A stretch of DNA of 64,000 nucleotides from Escherichia phage ZCEC14. The notes below the pieces were generated by a model. It searched no databases. It saw only the letters and a program-made list of their open reading frames with translations, and was not told the DNA's origin. Below are positions 17,028 to 26,498 of the stretch, piece by piece. Position 1 is the first letter of the stretch. Every line of letters begins with the position of its first letter. A program made the position numbers and the translations under genes. The stretch lies in sequence record OP168898.1. One strand, given 5' to 3'.

Positions 17028-18841
17028 CAATTGAAAAAGAAATTGAAGGATTGATTCATAAAACTAATAAAGACCTTTTAAACGAGAATGCTAATAAAGA
17101 TTCTCGTGTTTTTCCAACTCAACGGGACCTTATGGCTGGTATTGTGTCTAAACACATTGCCAAAAATATGGTCCCGTCTTTTATTATGAAAGCGCATGAA
17201 AGCGGAATTATTCATTTCCACGATATTGATTATTCCCCTGCTCTTCCATTTACTAATTGCTGTTTAGTAGATTTAAAAGGAATGCTTGAGAACGGATTTA
17301 AGCTAGGTAATGCACAGATTGAAACTCCTAAATCAATTGGCGTTGCTACTGCAATTATGGCACAAATTACTGCACAGGTTGCTTCTCACCAATATGGCGG
17401 AACGACTTTTGCGAATGTAGATAAAGTACTTTCTCCTTATGTTAAACGCACCTATGCAAAACATATTGAGGATGCAGAAAAATGGCAAATCACTGATGCG
17501 TTGAATTATGCTCAATCTAAAACAGAAAAAGACGTATACGATGCATTCCAAGCTTATGAATATGAAGTAAATACTCTCTTTAGTTCAAACGGACAAACGC
17601 CTTTTGTAACAATTACATTTGGTACGGGAACTGACTGGACTGAACGAATGATTCAGAAAGCAATTCTGAAAAATCGTATTAAAGGTCTTGGTCGTGATGG
17701 GATAACTCCTATTTTCCCTAAGCTTGTTATGTTCGTTGAAGAAGGTGTTAATCTTTATAAAGACGATCCGAACTATGATATTAAGCAGCTTGCTCTAGAG
17801 TGTGCAAGCAAAAGGATGTATCCTGATATTATTTCAGCTAAGAACAATAAAGCTATCACTGGTTCATCTGTTCCTGTTTCTCCAATGGGTTGCCGTAGTT
17901 TCTTGAGCGTATGGAAAGATTCGACTGGCAATGAAATTCTTGATGGACGTAATAATCTTGGTGTTGTAACATTGAATCTTCCTCGCATCGCGTTAGATTC
18001 TTATATTGGAACACAGTTCAATGAACAGAAATTTGTTGAATTGTTCAATGAACGAATGGATTTATGTTTTGAAGCTTTGATGTGTAGAATTAGTTCCTTA
18101 AAAGGAGTTAAAGCTACTGTTGCTCCTATTCTTTACCAAGAAGGTGCATTCGGGGTTCGTCTTAAACCTGATGACGATATAATTGAGTTATTTAAAAACG
18201 GTAGAAGTTCAGTGTCTTTAGGATACATTGGTATTCACGAATTGAATATTCTTGTCGGTCGTGATATTGGACAGGAAATTTTAACTAAAATGAATGCTCA
18301 TCTTAAACAGTGGACTGAAAGAACCGGATTTGCTTTTAGTTTATATTCGACTCCTGCTGAAAACCTTTGTTATCGCTTCTGTAAACTTGATACAGAAAAA
18401 TATGGAAGCGTAAAAGATGTTACCGATAAAGGCTGGTACACTAACAGTTTCCATGTTTCAGTAGAAGAAAATATTACTCCGTTTGAAAAAATTTCTCGTG
18501 AAGCGCCATATCATTTCATTGCGACAGGTGGTCACATTTCTTATGTTGAACTTCCTGATATGAAAAACAATTTAAAAGGTCTTGAGGCTGTATGGGATTA
18601 TGCTGCACAACATTTAGATTATTTTGGTGTTAATATGCCAGTAGATAAATGTTTTACATGTGGAAGTACCCATGAAATGACTCCTACTGAAAACGGATTT
18701 GTTTGTTCTATTTGTGAAGAAACTGATCCTAAAAAGATGAATACTATAAGAAGAACATGTGGTTATTTGGGAAATCCGAACGAACGCGGATTTAATCTCG
18801 GTAAAAATAAAGAAATCATGCATAGGGTTAAGCACCAATGA
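17024..18841 (+). CDS. nrdD: anaerobic ribonucleoside-triphosphate reductase
   Basis: 605 aa; C-terminal glycyl-radical region RRTCGYLG and Cys cluster; one uninterrupted ORF. Confidence 0.9.
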   Translation: MTIEKEIEGLIHKTNKDLLNENANKDSRVFPTQRDLMAGIVSKHIAKNMVPSFIMKAHESGIIHFHDIDYSPALPFTNCCLVDLKGMLENGFKLGNAQIETPKSIGVATAIMAQITAQVASHQYGGTTFANVDKVLSPYVKRTYAKHIEDAEKWQITDALNYAQSKTEKDVYDAFQAYEYEVNTLFSSNGQTPFVTITFGTGTDWTERMIQKAILKNRIKGLGRDGITPIFPKLVMFVEEGVNLYKDDPNYDIKQLALECASKRMYPDIISAKNNKAITGSSVPVSPMGCRSFLSVWKDSTGNEILDGRNNLGVVTLNLPRIALDSYIGTQFNEQKFVELFNERMDLCFEALMCRISSLKGVKATVAPILYQEGAFGVRLKPDDDIIELFKNGRSSVSLGYIGIHELNILVGRDIGQEILTKMNAHLKQWTERTGFAFSLYSTPAENLCYRFCKLDTEKYGSVKDVTDKGWYTNSFHVSVEENITPFEKISREAPYHFIATGGHISYVELPDMKNNLKGLEAVWDYAAQHLDYFGVNMPVDKCFTCGSTHEMTPTENGFVCSICEETDPKKMNTIRRTCGYLGNPNERGFNLGKNKEIMHRVKHQ

Positions 18842-19308
18842 ATTATGATAGATTTTATCCTTGCGATTTTGTGAATGGCCCTGGTTGCAGGGTCGTTCTT
18901 TTCGTTACAGGTTGTTTGCATAAATGTGAAGGGTGTTATAATAAATCAACATGGAATGCTAGAAATGGTATTCCATTCACTGGTGAAACACTAGAACAAT
19001 TGATTGAATGTTTGAATAATGATTATATAGAAGGATTAACTATAACTGGAGGAGACCCTCTCTATCCTGACAATCGAGATGTTATTCATTGCATTGTTCA
19101 AACAGTAAAAAATCTTTATCCCAATAAAAGCATTTGGTTGTGGACAGGATATAAGTTTGAAGATATTAAACAACTAGAAATGCTTAAATATGTTGATGTT
19201 ATTATTGATGGGAAGTATGAGAAAAATCTTCCGACTAAAAAGCTGTGGCGAGGATCAGATAATCAGCGACTTTGGTCAAATACCGATGGGGTGTGGAAAC
19301 ATGATTAA
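18838..19308 (+). CDS. nrdG: anaerobic RNR activating enzyme (radical SAM)
   Basis: 156 aa; N-terminal Cys-rich motif; directly after nrdD. Confidence 0.85.
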   Translation: MNYDRFYPCDFVNGPGCRVVLFVTGCLHKCEGCYNKSTWNARNGIPFTGETLEQLIECLNNDYIEGLTITGGDPLYPDNRDVIHCIVQTVKNLYPNKSIWLWTGYKFEDIKQLEMLKYVDVIIDGKYEKNLPTKKLWRGSDNQRLWSNTDGVWKHD

Positions 19309-19426
19309 ATTGAATTATATTATGGATACTATAAATGATATGATTTTTCATTTTGGTCCAGAATTTTATTCGCAGTATAGTTTAGTGCTTATCAATGCTT
19401 GGTTAATTAATTAAAGGTAAAGGTAA

Positions 19427-19642
19427 ATGTATAAATTTCGTAAAGGTTTAGCTGATTTTCTTACAACTGTAACATTCTTTCTGTTTATGGCAGTTGGAGC
19501 TATTTTCCTTATTCCTTTTATTGCTATATTTTTCGTGATTAGTTTGATTTCTCCAGAAAAGGGCTTATCTTCTAGTGAATTCAATGAGCGTCTGGATAAA
19601 ATTACTAACAAGCTGAATGCTGTTCTTGATAAAAAGGCTTAA
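19427..19642 (+). CDS. small membrane protein
   Basis: 71 aa; central hydrophobic helix. Confidence 0.45.
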   Translation: MYKFRKGLADFLTTVTFFLFMAVGAIFLIPFIAIFFVISLISPEKGLSSSEFNERLDKITNKLNAVLDKKA

Positions 19643-19644
19643 TT

Positions 19645-19956
19645 ATGATTAGTTTTGAGCGGTATGTGGTAGAGAGTTGGAATGGTTTTGATATGTTCGG
19701 TAATGACTATTATTTCTATGAATGTAGTCTAAATCCTAGTTTTTGGGCCGGACGTGAACGAGAACTCGAAGAAATTAATAATCGTGCTGAATTGTTAGGT
19801 GAATTACCTACGGTTTATTTTACCTTTGATGCATCTGGATTTGTTATCCAGGTTTATTTTCCTGAAGAAAATTCTGGCGATGATTCTGTTAACCCGCCAT
19901 ATTGGGCTTATCAAGGAATTATTTCTCGTGGAACAAAACTCGAACTTAAAGAATAA
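19645..19956 (+). CDS. hypothetical protein
   Basis: 103-aa ORF. Confidence 0.5.
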   Translation: MISFERYVVESWNGFDMFGNDYYFYECSLNPSFWAGRERELEEINNRAELLGELPTVYFTFDASGFVIQVYFPEENSGDDSVNPPYWAYQGIISRGTKLELKE

Positions 19957-20251
19957 GATTGAAGTCTATGGAATTCCAGATGAAGTAGGTCGTTGTCCTG
20001 GATGTCAATCAGTTACAAAACTTCTAAAGGAGCTCAATGCTCCTTTTACTTTCTATAAAGTTCTTACAAATAATGGTAAGATTGAGTATGATCGTCCACT
20101 GATTGTATCTCTTGCTAAACGCGCTGGATTCACATCTCTTAGTATTCGTTATCCAGTCATTTTCATCAATGATTCTAGACAAAAGAACATTAAACACTTC
20201 AAAGAAACTCTCATTTCACTTGGATATGATAGAGATATCATAGAAGATTAA
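19928..20251 (+). CDS. glutaredoxin-like protein (NrdH position)
   Basis: CPGC redox motif; no in-frame ATG near N-terminus; GTG at 19928 sits 10 nt after aagga; true start uncertain. Confidence 0.5.
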   Translation: MEQNSNLKNKIEVYGIPDEVGRCPGCQSVTKLLKELNAPFTFYKVLTNNGKIEYDRPLIVSLAKRAGFTSLSIRYPVIFINDSRQKNIKHFKETLISLGYDRDIIED

Positions 20252-20254
20252 GAC

Positions 20255-20278
20255 GGGCCCTCTGGGCCTTTCTTTCTC
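20255..20278 (+). terminator. intrinsic terminator
   Basis: gggccc-tct-gggcc hairpin followed by tttctttct. Confidence 0.6.
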
Positions 20279-20349
20279 ACATTCTGTATATTACCATTCT
20301 AAGCTATCGTTCCTTTCTTATCATTCCCTAAAATATTTTTCACAAAGTT

Positions 20350-20379
20350 GTTTACAACAAGTTCAAACCGTGGTATTAT
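20350..20379 (+). promoter_or_regulatory. early sigma70-type promoter
   Basis: -35 GTTTAC 20350-20355, 18-bp spacer, TGgTATTAT -10 at 20374-20379. Confidence 0.7.
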
Positions 20380-20409
20380 TAACATATGAATTACCTTTGA
20401 GGAATTGAT

Positions 20410-20586
20410 ATGGTTGATAAAGAGATTAAAATTGACCAGTATTATCGTGTTAACGGACATATCGTTATTGTTACAGCAGTCGATGATTTAGATGTTCATT
20501 ATACTGCGATTAAATGGAACAAACGTATGATTTGTGATCGTGCTGTATTTAGTTCAGTTGCTAAGGAAATTAAACTCCATGGGTAA
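20410..20586 (+). CDS. hypothetical small protein
   Basis: 58-aa ORF below track cutoff; codon walk from ATG 20410 ends at taa 20584-20586. Confidence 0.4.
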   Translation: MVDKEIKIDQYYRVNGHIVIVTAVDDLDVHYTAIKWNKRMICDRAVFSSVAKEIKLHG

Positions 20587-20872
20587 AACGTATCGTCGTA
20601 AAGACTTAAAAGTGCGTGATTATGACTATTTCGGAAAGCGTAAAGCTCCTGATGGTGTAAGTCATAAAGATATGGTTGAAAACATTTTTCGCTCAGATAA
20701 ATGGCGTAGAATGAAAGGCATTGATTCAGAAGTTAAAGATGAGTTAAATCGTCAATTACGCGGTGAAGTAAGAAAGTTGAAAAAATCAGTTTACATTGAC
20801 GATGATTTTGATTATAATACTTCTCAACGAGTTGCTAAACGTAAATCAAACGAGTGTTATCGTTACAGCTGA
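20579..20872 (+). CDS. hypothetical basic protein
   Basis: 97 aa from in-frame ATG of track ORF 20534-20872; Lys/Arg-rich. Confidence 0.45.
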   Translation: MGKTYRRKDLKVRDYDYFGKRKAPDGVSHKDMVENIFRSDKWRRMKGIDSEVKDELNRQLRGEVRKLKKSVYIDDDFDYNTSQRVAKRKSNECYRYS

Positions 20873-20879
20873 GGAAAAT

Positions 20880-21014
20880 ATGAATATCAAACGAATGCTT
20901 TTTAAGCAAGGGCTATACACTTTAAATGTTACTCCAAAAGGCGATACAACTAAGTGGTCAGTAAATGACTGGATTAAATTTATTGATGAAAATGGCAATT
21001 GGTGGGAAATTTAA
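20880..21014 (+). CDS. hypothetical small protein
   Basis: 44 aa; SD gaggaaaat before ATG. Confidence 0.3.
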   Translation: MNIKRMLFKQGLYTLNVTPKGDTTKWSVNDWIKFIDENGNWWEI

Positions 21015-21215
21015 ATGAATCCTGAATCTAAATTATCGCAGCGAATTGCCGAAGCTCGTCGTCAGTTCTTTGAAAATATGATAGCCCAAGGTATTGATGA
21101 TGAAGTTTTTCTGAACTGGTTTTGGAATCACAAATATTCAAGTTGCTCAGGAGCAATATTAATATCAGCCGCAATGATGTATGAAGGCTGGAAGGGTGCC
21201 AAAAAGTTTAGCTAA
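21015..21215 (+). CDS. hypothetical protein
   Basis: 66-aa ORF, ATG abuts upstream stop. Confidence 0.45.
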   Translation: MNPESKLSQRIAEARRQFFENMIAQGIDDEVFLNWFWNHKYSSCSGAILISAAMMYEGWKGAKKFS

Positions 21216-21232
21216 GGGCTTCGGCCCTTTTT
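21214..21232 (+). terminator. intrinsic terminator
   Basis: aagggc-ttcg-gccctt followed by ttt. Confidence 0.7.
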
Positions 21233-21267
21233 GGATAATAAAATTTTAACGTAATTGAGGATAATGT

Positions 21268-21594
21268 ATGACTATTCAAATTAAAAACGCCATCAATTCT
21301 TACGCATATGATAAAGTAGTTTCTTTGCTAGAAAAAGGCGATATTGTAACTCCTCAAATTTTGGATAAATGGGAAAAAGAGCTTCATCAGACGATGAAAC
21401 AGAATGATCAGAAGATTGGACGTAATACTGTCCGTGAATTGCTGGTTCAGTATATCTTGTCAGAATTTGATGTTAAAGCTTTTGGTGTAGAATCTAAAGC
21501 TTATCAAAAGCATGAAATTTCCGATAAGACTATTCGTCGCATGAAAAATCAACGCAAGAAAAAATTTGCAGACCTGAAAATTACTAAGGTATAA
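21268..21594 (+). CDS. hypothetical protein
   Basis: 108-aa ORF; SD gagga. Confidence 0.5.
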   Translation: MTIQIKNAINSYAYDKVVSLLEKGDIVTPQILDKWEKELHQTMKQNDQKIGRNTVRELLVQYILSEFDVKAFGVESKAYQKHEISDKTIRRMKNQRKKKFADLKITKV

Positions 21595-21596
21595 TT

Positions 21597-21812
21597 ATGA
21601 ACGAAGCTCTTATTAACGATTTGCGTCTTGCTGGATATGAAGTAAATACAAATGGCATTGGTTTAACTCAAATTGAAGGAAATGGATTCATCCTTGAGTA
21701 TGAATTTAGCCAATGGTGGTTATATGCTAATTACGGCGAATTGATTGAATATGTTGACCAATTTGATTCACTAGATGCAGCTCTCGAAGCGGCTAAGTTG
21801 ATGAATGTATGA
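21597..21812 (+). CDS. hypothetical protein
   Basis: 71-aa ORF. Confidence 0.45.
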   Translation: MNEALINDLRLAGYEVNTNGIGLTQIEGNGFILEYEFSQWWLYANYGELIEYVDQFDSLDAALEAAKLMNV

Positions 21813-22078
21813 AATTTATTAATATTTCTATTACTATTGAAAATTATGGCATTTTCTATGTTGACCAATACATGAAAATTTCATTTTTCCCAAATAAGAC
21901 TGGTGTTGGATATTGGGAAAGTCATGTTTCTGAATTAAATGAAAGTGAATATGTTAGCACACATGAAAAGTTTTTAGACTTTTTATATCATGCTGATTTA
22001 ACTAGTCATTATATAGATATTCATGAATTTAAAAAGATGATGGAGAAAGTGTTCCAAGCATACTGCTTACTTAGATAA
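21809..22078 (+). CDS. hypothetical protein
   Basis: 89-aa ORF, ATGA overlap. Confidence 0.45.
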   Translation: MKFINISITIENYGIFYVDQYMKISFFPNKTGVGYWESHVSELNESEYVSTHEKFLDFLYHADLTSHYIDIHEFKKMMEKVFQAYCLLR

Positions 22079-22158
22079 CTGATTCATCCTCTATGCTTTA
22101 AGATAGATCTTCAAATATTATGATATAATAGATCTATGAATTGAGCTAAGAGGTGAAA

Positions 22159-22716
22159 ATGTCAGAAACTAAGCCTAAATATAATTACGTAAACAATAAA
22201 GAGCTTTTACAAGCTATTATTGATTGGAAAACAGAATTAGCAAATAATAAAGACCCAAATAAAGTAGTTCGTCAGAATGATACTATCGGATTAGCCATTA
22301 TGCTTATTGCAGAAGGCTTATCTAAACGTTTCAACTTTTCAGGATACACCCAATCCTGGAAACAAGAAATGATTGCAGATGGTATAGAAGCTTCTATTAA
22401 GGGGCTTCACAATTTTGATGAAACGAAATATAAAAACCCACATGCGTATATAACTCAAGCTTGTTTTAATGCATTCGTCCAACGTATTAAAAAAGAACGT
22501 AAGGAAGTTGCAAAGAAATATAGTTACTTCGTTCACAATGTCTATGACAGTCGTGACGACGATATGGTTGCGTTAGTAGATGAAACTTTTATTCAAGACA
22601 TCTATGATAAAATGACGCATTACGAAGAATCAACCTATAGAACACCGGGGGCTGAAAAGAAAAGTGTTGTAGACGATTCTCCTAGTTTGGATTTTTTATA
22701 TGAGGCTAACGATTAA
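22159..22716 (+). CDS. 55: late-transcription sigma factor gp55
   Basis: 185 aa from ATG ([10 protein letters not shown]...); matches T4 gp55; SD aagaggtg. Confidence 0.9.
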
Positions 22717-22918
22717 CCTCTCCGGATTCTTGGAAGAAATACCTGAAGTTGAAGCTATTCCCTATTTACTTAAAATGTATCTCAGGGAAGTTTTAGCTCT
22801 TGACATTGATATTGATCCAGAAAATCCGTATGATACCGCTTTTAAATCTAATGGTGTAGAATTAAACTATCGGTATCATTTAACAGATGATGATTTTTAT
22901 TTTATATTAGAGAAATAA
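22700..22918 (+). CDS. hypothetical protein
   Basis: 72-aa ORF overlapping 3' end of gene 55. Confidence 0.45.
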
Positions 22919-22919
22919 T

Positions 22920-23237
22920 ATGACTGATAAACCCGAAATTAATGATGAAGTGGAAAAGCTTATTTCTTCTATTGAAGAAAAGAACCGTCTTGAAGCAGAA
23001 AGAAAAGCAAATAAGTTATTGTCTAAAAACAAACGCGAACTGAACCGTCTTTATAAGCACGCTCAGATTGCAGCTGAAAACAATAATTTCGCTCAATACG
23101 AATATGCTATCAAGAAAAGTCGGGATATTCTAAAACAGCCATATAACGATGAACTCATTAGTATTCTTTGGAAGACTACTAGATCGCAGATTGAGGATAT
23201 GATTGATGCTTACACGCGTAAAATTCAAGCGTCTTAA
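22920..23237 (+). CDS. hypothetical protein
   Basis: 105-aa ORF. Confidence 0.5.
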   Translation: MTDKPEINDEVEKLISSIEEKNRLEAERKANKLLSKNKRELNRLYKHAQIAAENNNFAQYEYAIKKSRDILKQPYNDELISILWKTTRSQIEDMIDAYTRKIQAS

Positions 23238-23409
23238 AATTAATGCAGGATTTACTGAATCTTTGAATGGTCATCTTTGCGTGAAAATTTCTGAAAAAGA
23301 ATACCATGATAGTTCAATTAAAGAAGTTAATCCTCCTATTGTAAGAGCAGACCCTAATATGAAAGTGTGGGTTGATTCTTATCAAGTCAAAAAATGGTGG
23401 CAACTGTGA
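23206..23409 (+). CDS. hypothetical protein
   Basis: 67 aa from in-frame ATG of track ORF 23203-23409. Confidence 0.4.
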   Translation: MLTRVKFKRLKINAGFTESLNGHLCVKISEKEYHDSSIKEVNPPIVRADPNMKVWVDSYQVKKWWQL

Positions 23410-23412
23410 AAG

Positions 23413-23586
23413 ATGAACACCCAGACTTCTGAAATAGATTATAATAAAATTCGTTCCTCTAAAGTAGAAATGATGAGACGCTTTAAAGAGTCTCATGATA
23501 AAGCTAAAGCAGAAGGAACTATAACATATAAGCGTATAAAATTTAGAAGCTCTAATGAGCCTCTGTATGGCGTATTATGCGGATAG
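23413..23586 (+). CDS. hypothetical small protein
   Basis: 57-aa ORF below track cutoff. Confidence 0.35.
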   Translation: MNTQTSEIDYNKIRSSKVEMMRRFKESHDKAKAEGTITYKRIKFRSSNEPLYGVLCG

Positions 23587-23610
23587 GAGCTTCGGCTCCT
23601 ATATTGCTTT
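23586..23610 (+). terminator. putative terminator hairpin
   Basis: ggagc-ttcg-gctcc hairpin; weak T-tract. Confidence 0.45.
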
Positions 23611-23652
23611 ATAAATTTTTGGTAAAATAAACCAAAACAATGAGGATATTAA

Positions 23653-24855
23653 ATGAAAGTATGTATTTTTATGGCTCGAGGTCTTGAAGGTTGCGGTGTA
23701 ACTAAATTTTCTCTTGAGCAACGTGATTGGTTTATTAAAAATGGTCATGAAGTAACTTTGGTTTATGCTAAAGATAAATCATTTACTCGTAATTGCGCAC
23801 ATGATTATAAGTCATTTTCAATTCCGGTTTTATTGGCAAAAGAATACGATAAAACACTTAAACTGGTAAATGATTGCGATATTTTAATTATCAATTCAGT
23901 TCCTGCTACTTCAGTAGAAGAAGACACCATTAATAACTATAAAAAAATTATTGATAACATTAAACCTTCGGTTCGTGTTGTAGTTTATCAGCATGACCAT
24001 TCTTCTCTTTCTTTGCGTCGAAATTTGGGATTAGAAGAAACTGTTCGTCGAGCTGATGTTATTTTTAGCCATTCTGATAATGGTGACTTTAATAAAGTTT
24101 TGATGAAAGAATGGTATCCGGAAACTGTTTCTCTGTTTGATGATATTGAAGAAGCACCGACCGTATATAACTTTCAGCCTCCTATGGATATTGCGAAGGT
24201 TCGATCAACCTACTGGAAAGATGTTTCTGAAATTAACATGAATATCAACCGTTGGATTGGTCGTACTACTACATGGAAAGGCTTTTATCAGATGTTTGAT
24301 TTTCATGAAAAACATCTTAAACCTGCAGGACTAAGTACTATTATGGAAGGTCTGGAACGTTCTCCAGCATTCATTCCTATTAAAGAAAAAGGAATTCCAT
24401 ACGAGTATTATCGTCTTCATCAAGTAGACCAAATTAAAATTGCTCCTAATTTGCCAACGCAAATTCTCGACCGTTATGTAAATAGCGAAATGCTTGAACG
24501 CATGAGTAAATCCGGATTTGGTTATCAGCTGAGTAAGTTGGACAAAAAATATCTACAGCGTTCTTTAGAATACACTCATCTCGAGCTTGGTGCATGTGGA
24601 ACAATTCCAGTATTTTGGAAATCTACTGGCGAAAATTTAAAATTCCGTGTTGATAATACTCCATTAATTTCACATGATAGCGGTATCGTTTGGTTTGATG
24701 AAAATGACATGGAATCAACATTTGAACGTATTAAAGAACTGTCATCTGACCGAGCTCTTTATGATCGCGAACGCGAAAAAGCTTATGAATTTTTGTATCA
24801 GCATCAAGATTCAAGCTTCTGCTTTAAAGAACAGTTTGACATTATTACAAAATAA
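23653..24855 (+). CDS. agt: DNA alpha-glucosyltransferase
   Basis: 400 aa; N-terminus MKVCIFMARGLEGCGVTKF; matches T4 a-gt and synteny between 55 and 47. Confidence 0.85.
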   Translation: MKVCIFMARGLEGCGVTKFSLEQRDWFIKNGHEVTLVYAKDKSFTRNCAHDYKSFSIPVLLAKEYDKTLKLVNDCDILIINSVPATSVEEDTINNYKKIIDNIKPSVRVVVYQHDHSSLSLRRNLGLEETVRRADVIFSHSDNGDFNKVLMKEWYPETVSLFDDIEEAPTVYNFQPPMDIAKVRSTYWKDVSEINMNINRWIGRTTTWKGFYQMFDFHEKHLKPAGLSTIMEGLERSPAFIPIKEKGIPYEYYRLHQVDQIKIAPNLPTQILDRYVNSEMLERMSKSGFGYQLSKLDKKYLQRSLEYTHLELGACGTIPVFWKSTGENLKFRVDNTPLISHDSGIVWFDENDMESTFERIKELSSDRALYDREREKAYEFLYQHQDSSFCFKEQFDIITK

Positions 24856-24878
24856 AGGGCTTCGGCCCTTTAGCTTTA
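24855..24878 (+). terminator. intrinsic terminator
   Basis: aagggc-ttcg-gccctt followed by tagcttta. Confidence 0.65.
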
Positions 24879-24894
24879 TACGGAGTTTGATATA

Positions 24895-25035
24895 ATGATA
24901 TTTCTTGGATATGTGATACTTTTTCTAGCGTTTTATCTATTCACTAGAGCATGTTGGATTGGATTCTTTAGTACTCCAGATGGATTTATTTCAATAATTT
25001 TATTTTGCATTTCAATGACGGTTCTTGATATATGA
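24895..25035 (+). CDS. small hydrophobic protein
   Basis: 46-aa ORF; stop overlaps gene 47 ATG. Confidence 0.35.
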   Translation: MIFLGYVILFLAFYLFTRACWIGFFSTPDGFISIILFCISMTVLDI

Positions 25036-26051
25036 AAATTTTAAATTTAGGTGATTGGCATTTAGGTGTTAAAGCCGATGATGAGTGGGTTCAATCCATT
25101 CAGTTGGATGGAATTAAACAAGCAATAGAATATTCTAAGAAAAATGGAATTACTACATGGATTCAATATGGCGATATTTTTGATGTGCGAAAAGCAATCA
25201 CACATAAAACTATGGAGTTCGCTCGTGAAATAGTTCAAATGCTTGATGATGCTGGTATTACCCTACATACTGTTGTAGGAAACCATGATATGCACTTTAA
25301 AAATACTTTAACTCCAAATGCTTCTACTGAACTTTTGGCTAAATATCCTAATGTTAAAGTATATGATAAGCCTACTACAGTAGATTTTGACGGATGTTTG
25401 ATTGATTTAATTCCTTGGATGTGTGAAGAAAATACTGGTGAAATTCTTGAACACATCAAAACTTCATCTGCTTCTTTTTGTGTTGGCCACTGGGAGCTGA
25501 ATGGATTTTATTTTTATAAAGGAATGAAATCTCACGGTCTTGAACCCGATTTCCTTAAGACTTATAAAGAGGTGTGGTCTGGTCACTTCCATACTATCTC
25601 TGAGGCTGCTAACGTCAGATATATTGGGACACCATGGACACTAACTGCAGGTGACGAGAATGACCCTCGTGGGTTCTGGATGTTTGATACAGAAACAGAA
25701 CGAATGGAATTTATTCCAAACAATACTACCTGGCATCGTAGAATTCATTATCCATTTAAAGGAAAAATTGACTATAAAGATTTTACAAATCTATCAGTAC
25801 GTGTTATAGTAACTGAAGTAGACAAAAATCTGACGAAGTTCGAATCTGAACTAGAAAAAGTTGTGCATTCATTACGAGTTGTGTCAAAGATTGATAACTC
25901 TGTCGAGTCAGATGACAGTGAAGAAGTTGAAGTTCAATCGCTTCAGACGTTGATGGAAGAATACATTAATGCAATTCCAGACATCACTGATTCTGATCGT
26001 GAAGCACTTATTCAATATGCAAATCAGCTATATGTAGAGGCAACACAATGA
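25032..26051 (+). CDS. 47: recombination endonuclease subunit gp47 (Mre11-like)
   Basis: 339 aa; phosphoesterase motifs GDWHLG, GNHD, GHWE/GHFH. Confidence 0.9.
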   Translation: MKILNLGDWHLGVKADDEWVQSIQLDGIKQAIEYSKKNGITTWIQYGDIFDVRKAITHKTMEFAREIVQMLDDAGITLHTVVGNHDMHFKNTLTPNASTELLAKYPNVKVYDKPTTVDFDGCLIDLIPWMCEENTGEILEHIKTSSASFCVGHWELNGFYFYKGMKSHGLEPDFLKTYKEVWSGHFHTISEAANVRYIGTPWTLTAGDENDPRGFWMFDTETERMEFIPNNTTWHRRIHYPFKGKIDYKDFTNLSVRVIVTEVDKNLTKFESELEKVVHSLRVVSKIDNSVESDDSEEVEVQSLQTLMEEYINAIPDITDSDREALIQYANQLYVEATQ

Positions 26052-26311
26052 CTTTTGATGAATTTAAAAATGTTATGATGAGTCAGCATTTTGAATGCGA
26101 AGTGAAAGATGATATTGGGCATAAAGAAATTATTGAATATTGGTTTGAACCGCTAGAGGTTGAAGATAATCGTATTAAAAAGGTTACGGTCTGCACTGAT
26201 TGGGCCGTATCTTTTAACTTCAACATTTTAGATAATGACACACCTAAATCATTACAAGATATGGCTGTATCTTGTATTAAGGATGCATACTGTGAAGTTT
26301 TCGACATTTGA
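26048..26311 (+). CDS. hypothetical protein (46.1 position)
   Basis: 87-aa ORF, ATGA overlap with gene 47 stop. Confidence 0.5.
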   Translation: MTFDEFKNVMMSQHFECEVKDDIGHKEIIEYWFEPLEVEDNRIKKVTVCTDWAVSFNFNILDNDTPKSLQDMAVSCIKDAYCEVFDI

Positions 26312-26498
26312 CATTAACGATGAATTCATAGCAAATATTGATTACACCGAAGAAGATTCTAGATATGTTGGAATAATTTATATCACATCAAAAGCAGCAC
26401 AAGGTGTTGTTTGCATGGCTGAATTTGATGAATACTTTTTAGATTATGATGATATGATAGAATGGTCTAAAAGATACATTAAAAGGAATCTTTTGTGA
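26235..26498 (+). CDS. hypothetical protein (46.2 position)
   Basis: 87-aa ORF overlapping previous one; alternative in-frame ATG at 26283. Confidence 0.4.
   Translation: MTHLNHYKIWLYLVLRMHTVKFSTFDINDEFIANIDYTEEDSRYVGIIYITSKAAQGVVCMAEFDEYFLDYDDMIEWSKRYIKRNLL

Noticed and set aside
19190-19414. 74-aa plus-strand ORF overlapping the nrdG 3' end
   Set aside because: Mostly internal to nrdG in another frame; only a 30-codon piece after the nrdG stop could be independent and it lacks an SD.
22094-22129. MotA-box-like TGCTTTA upstream of gene 55
   Set aside because: Spacing to the nearest TATAAT is about 23 bp, too long for a middle promoter, and an alternative -10 is weak; left unannotated.
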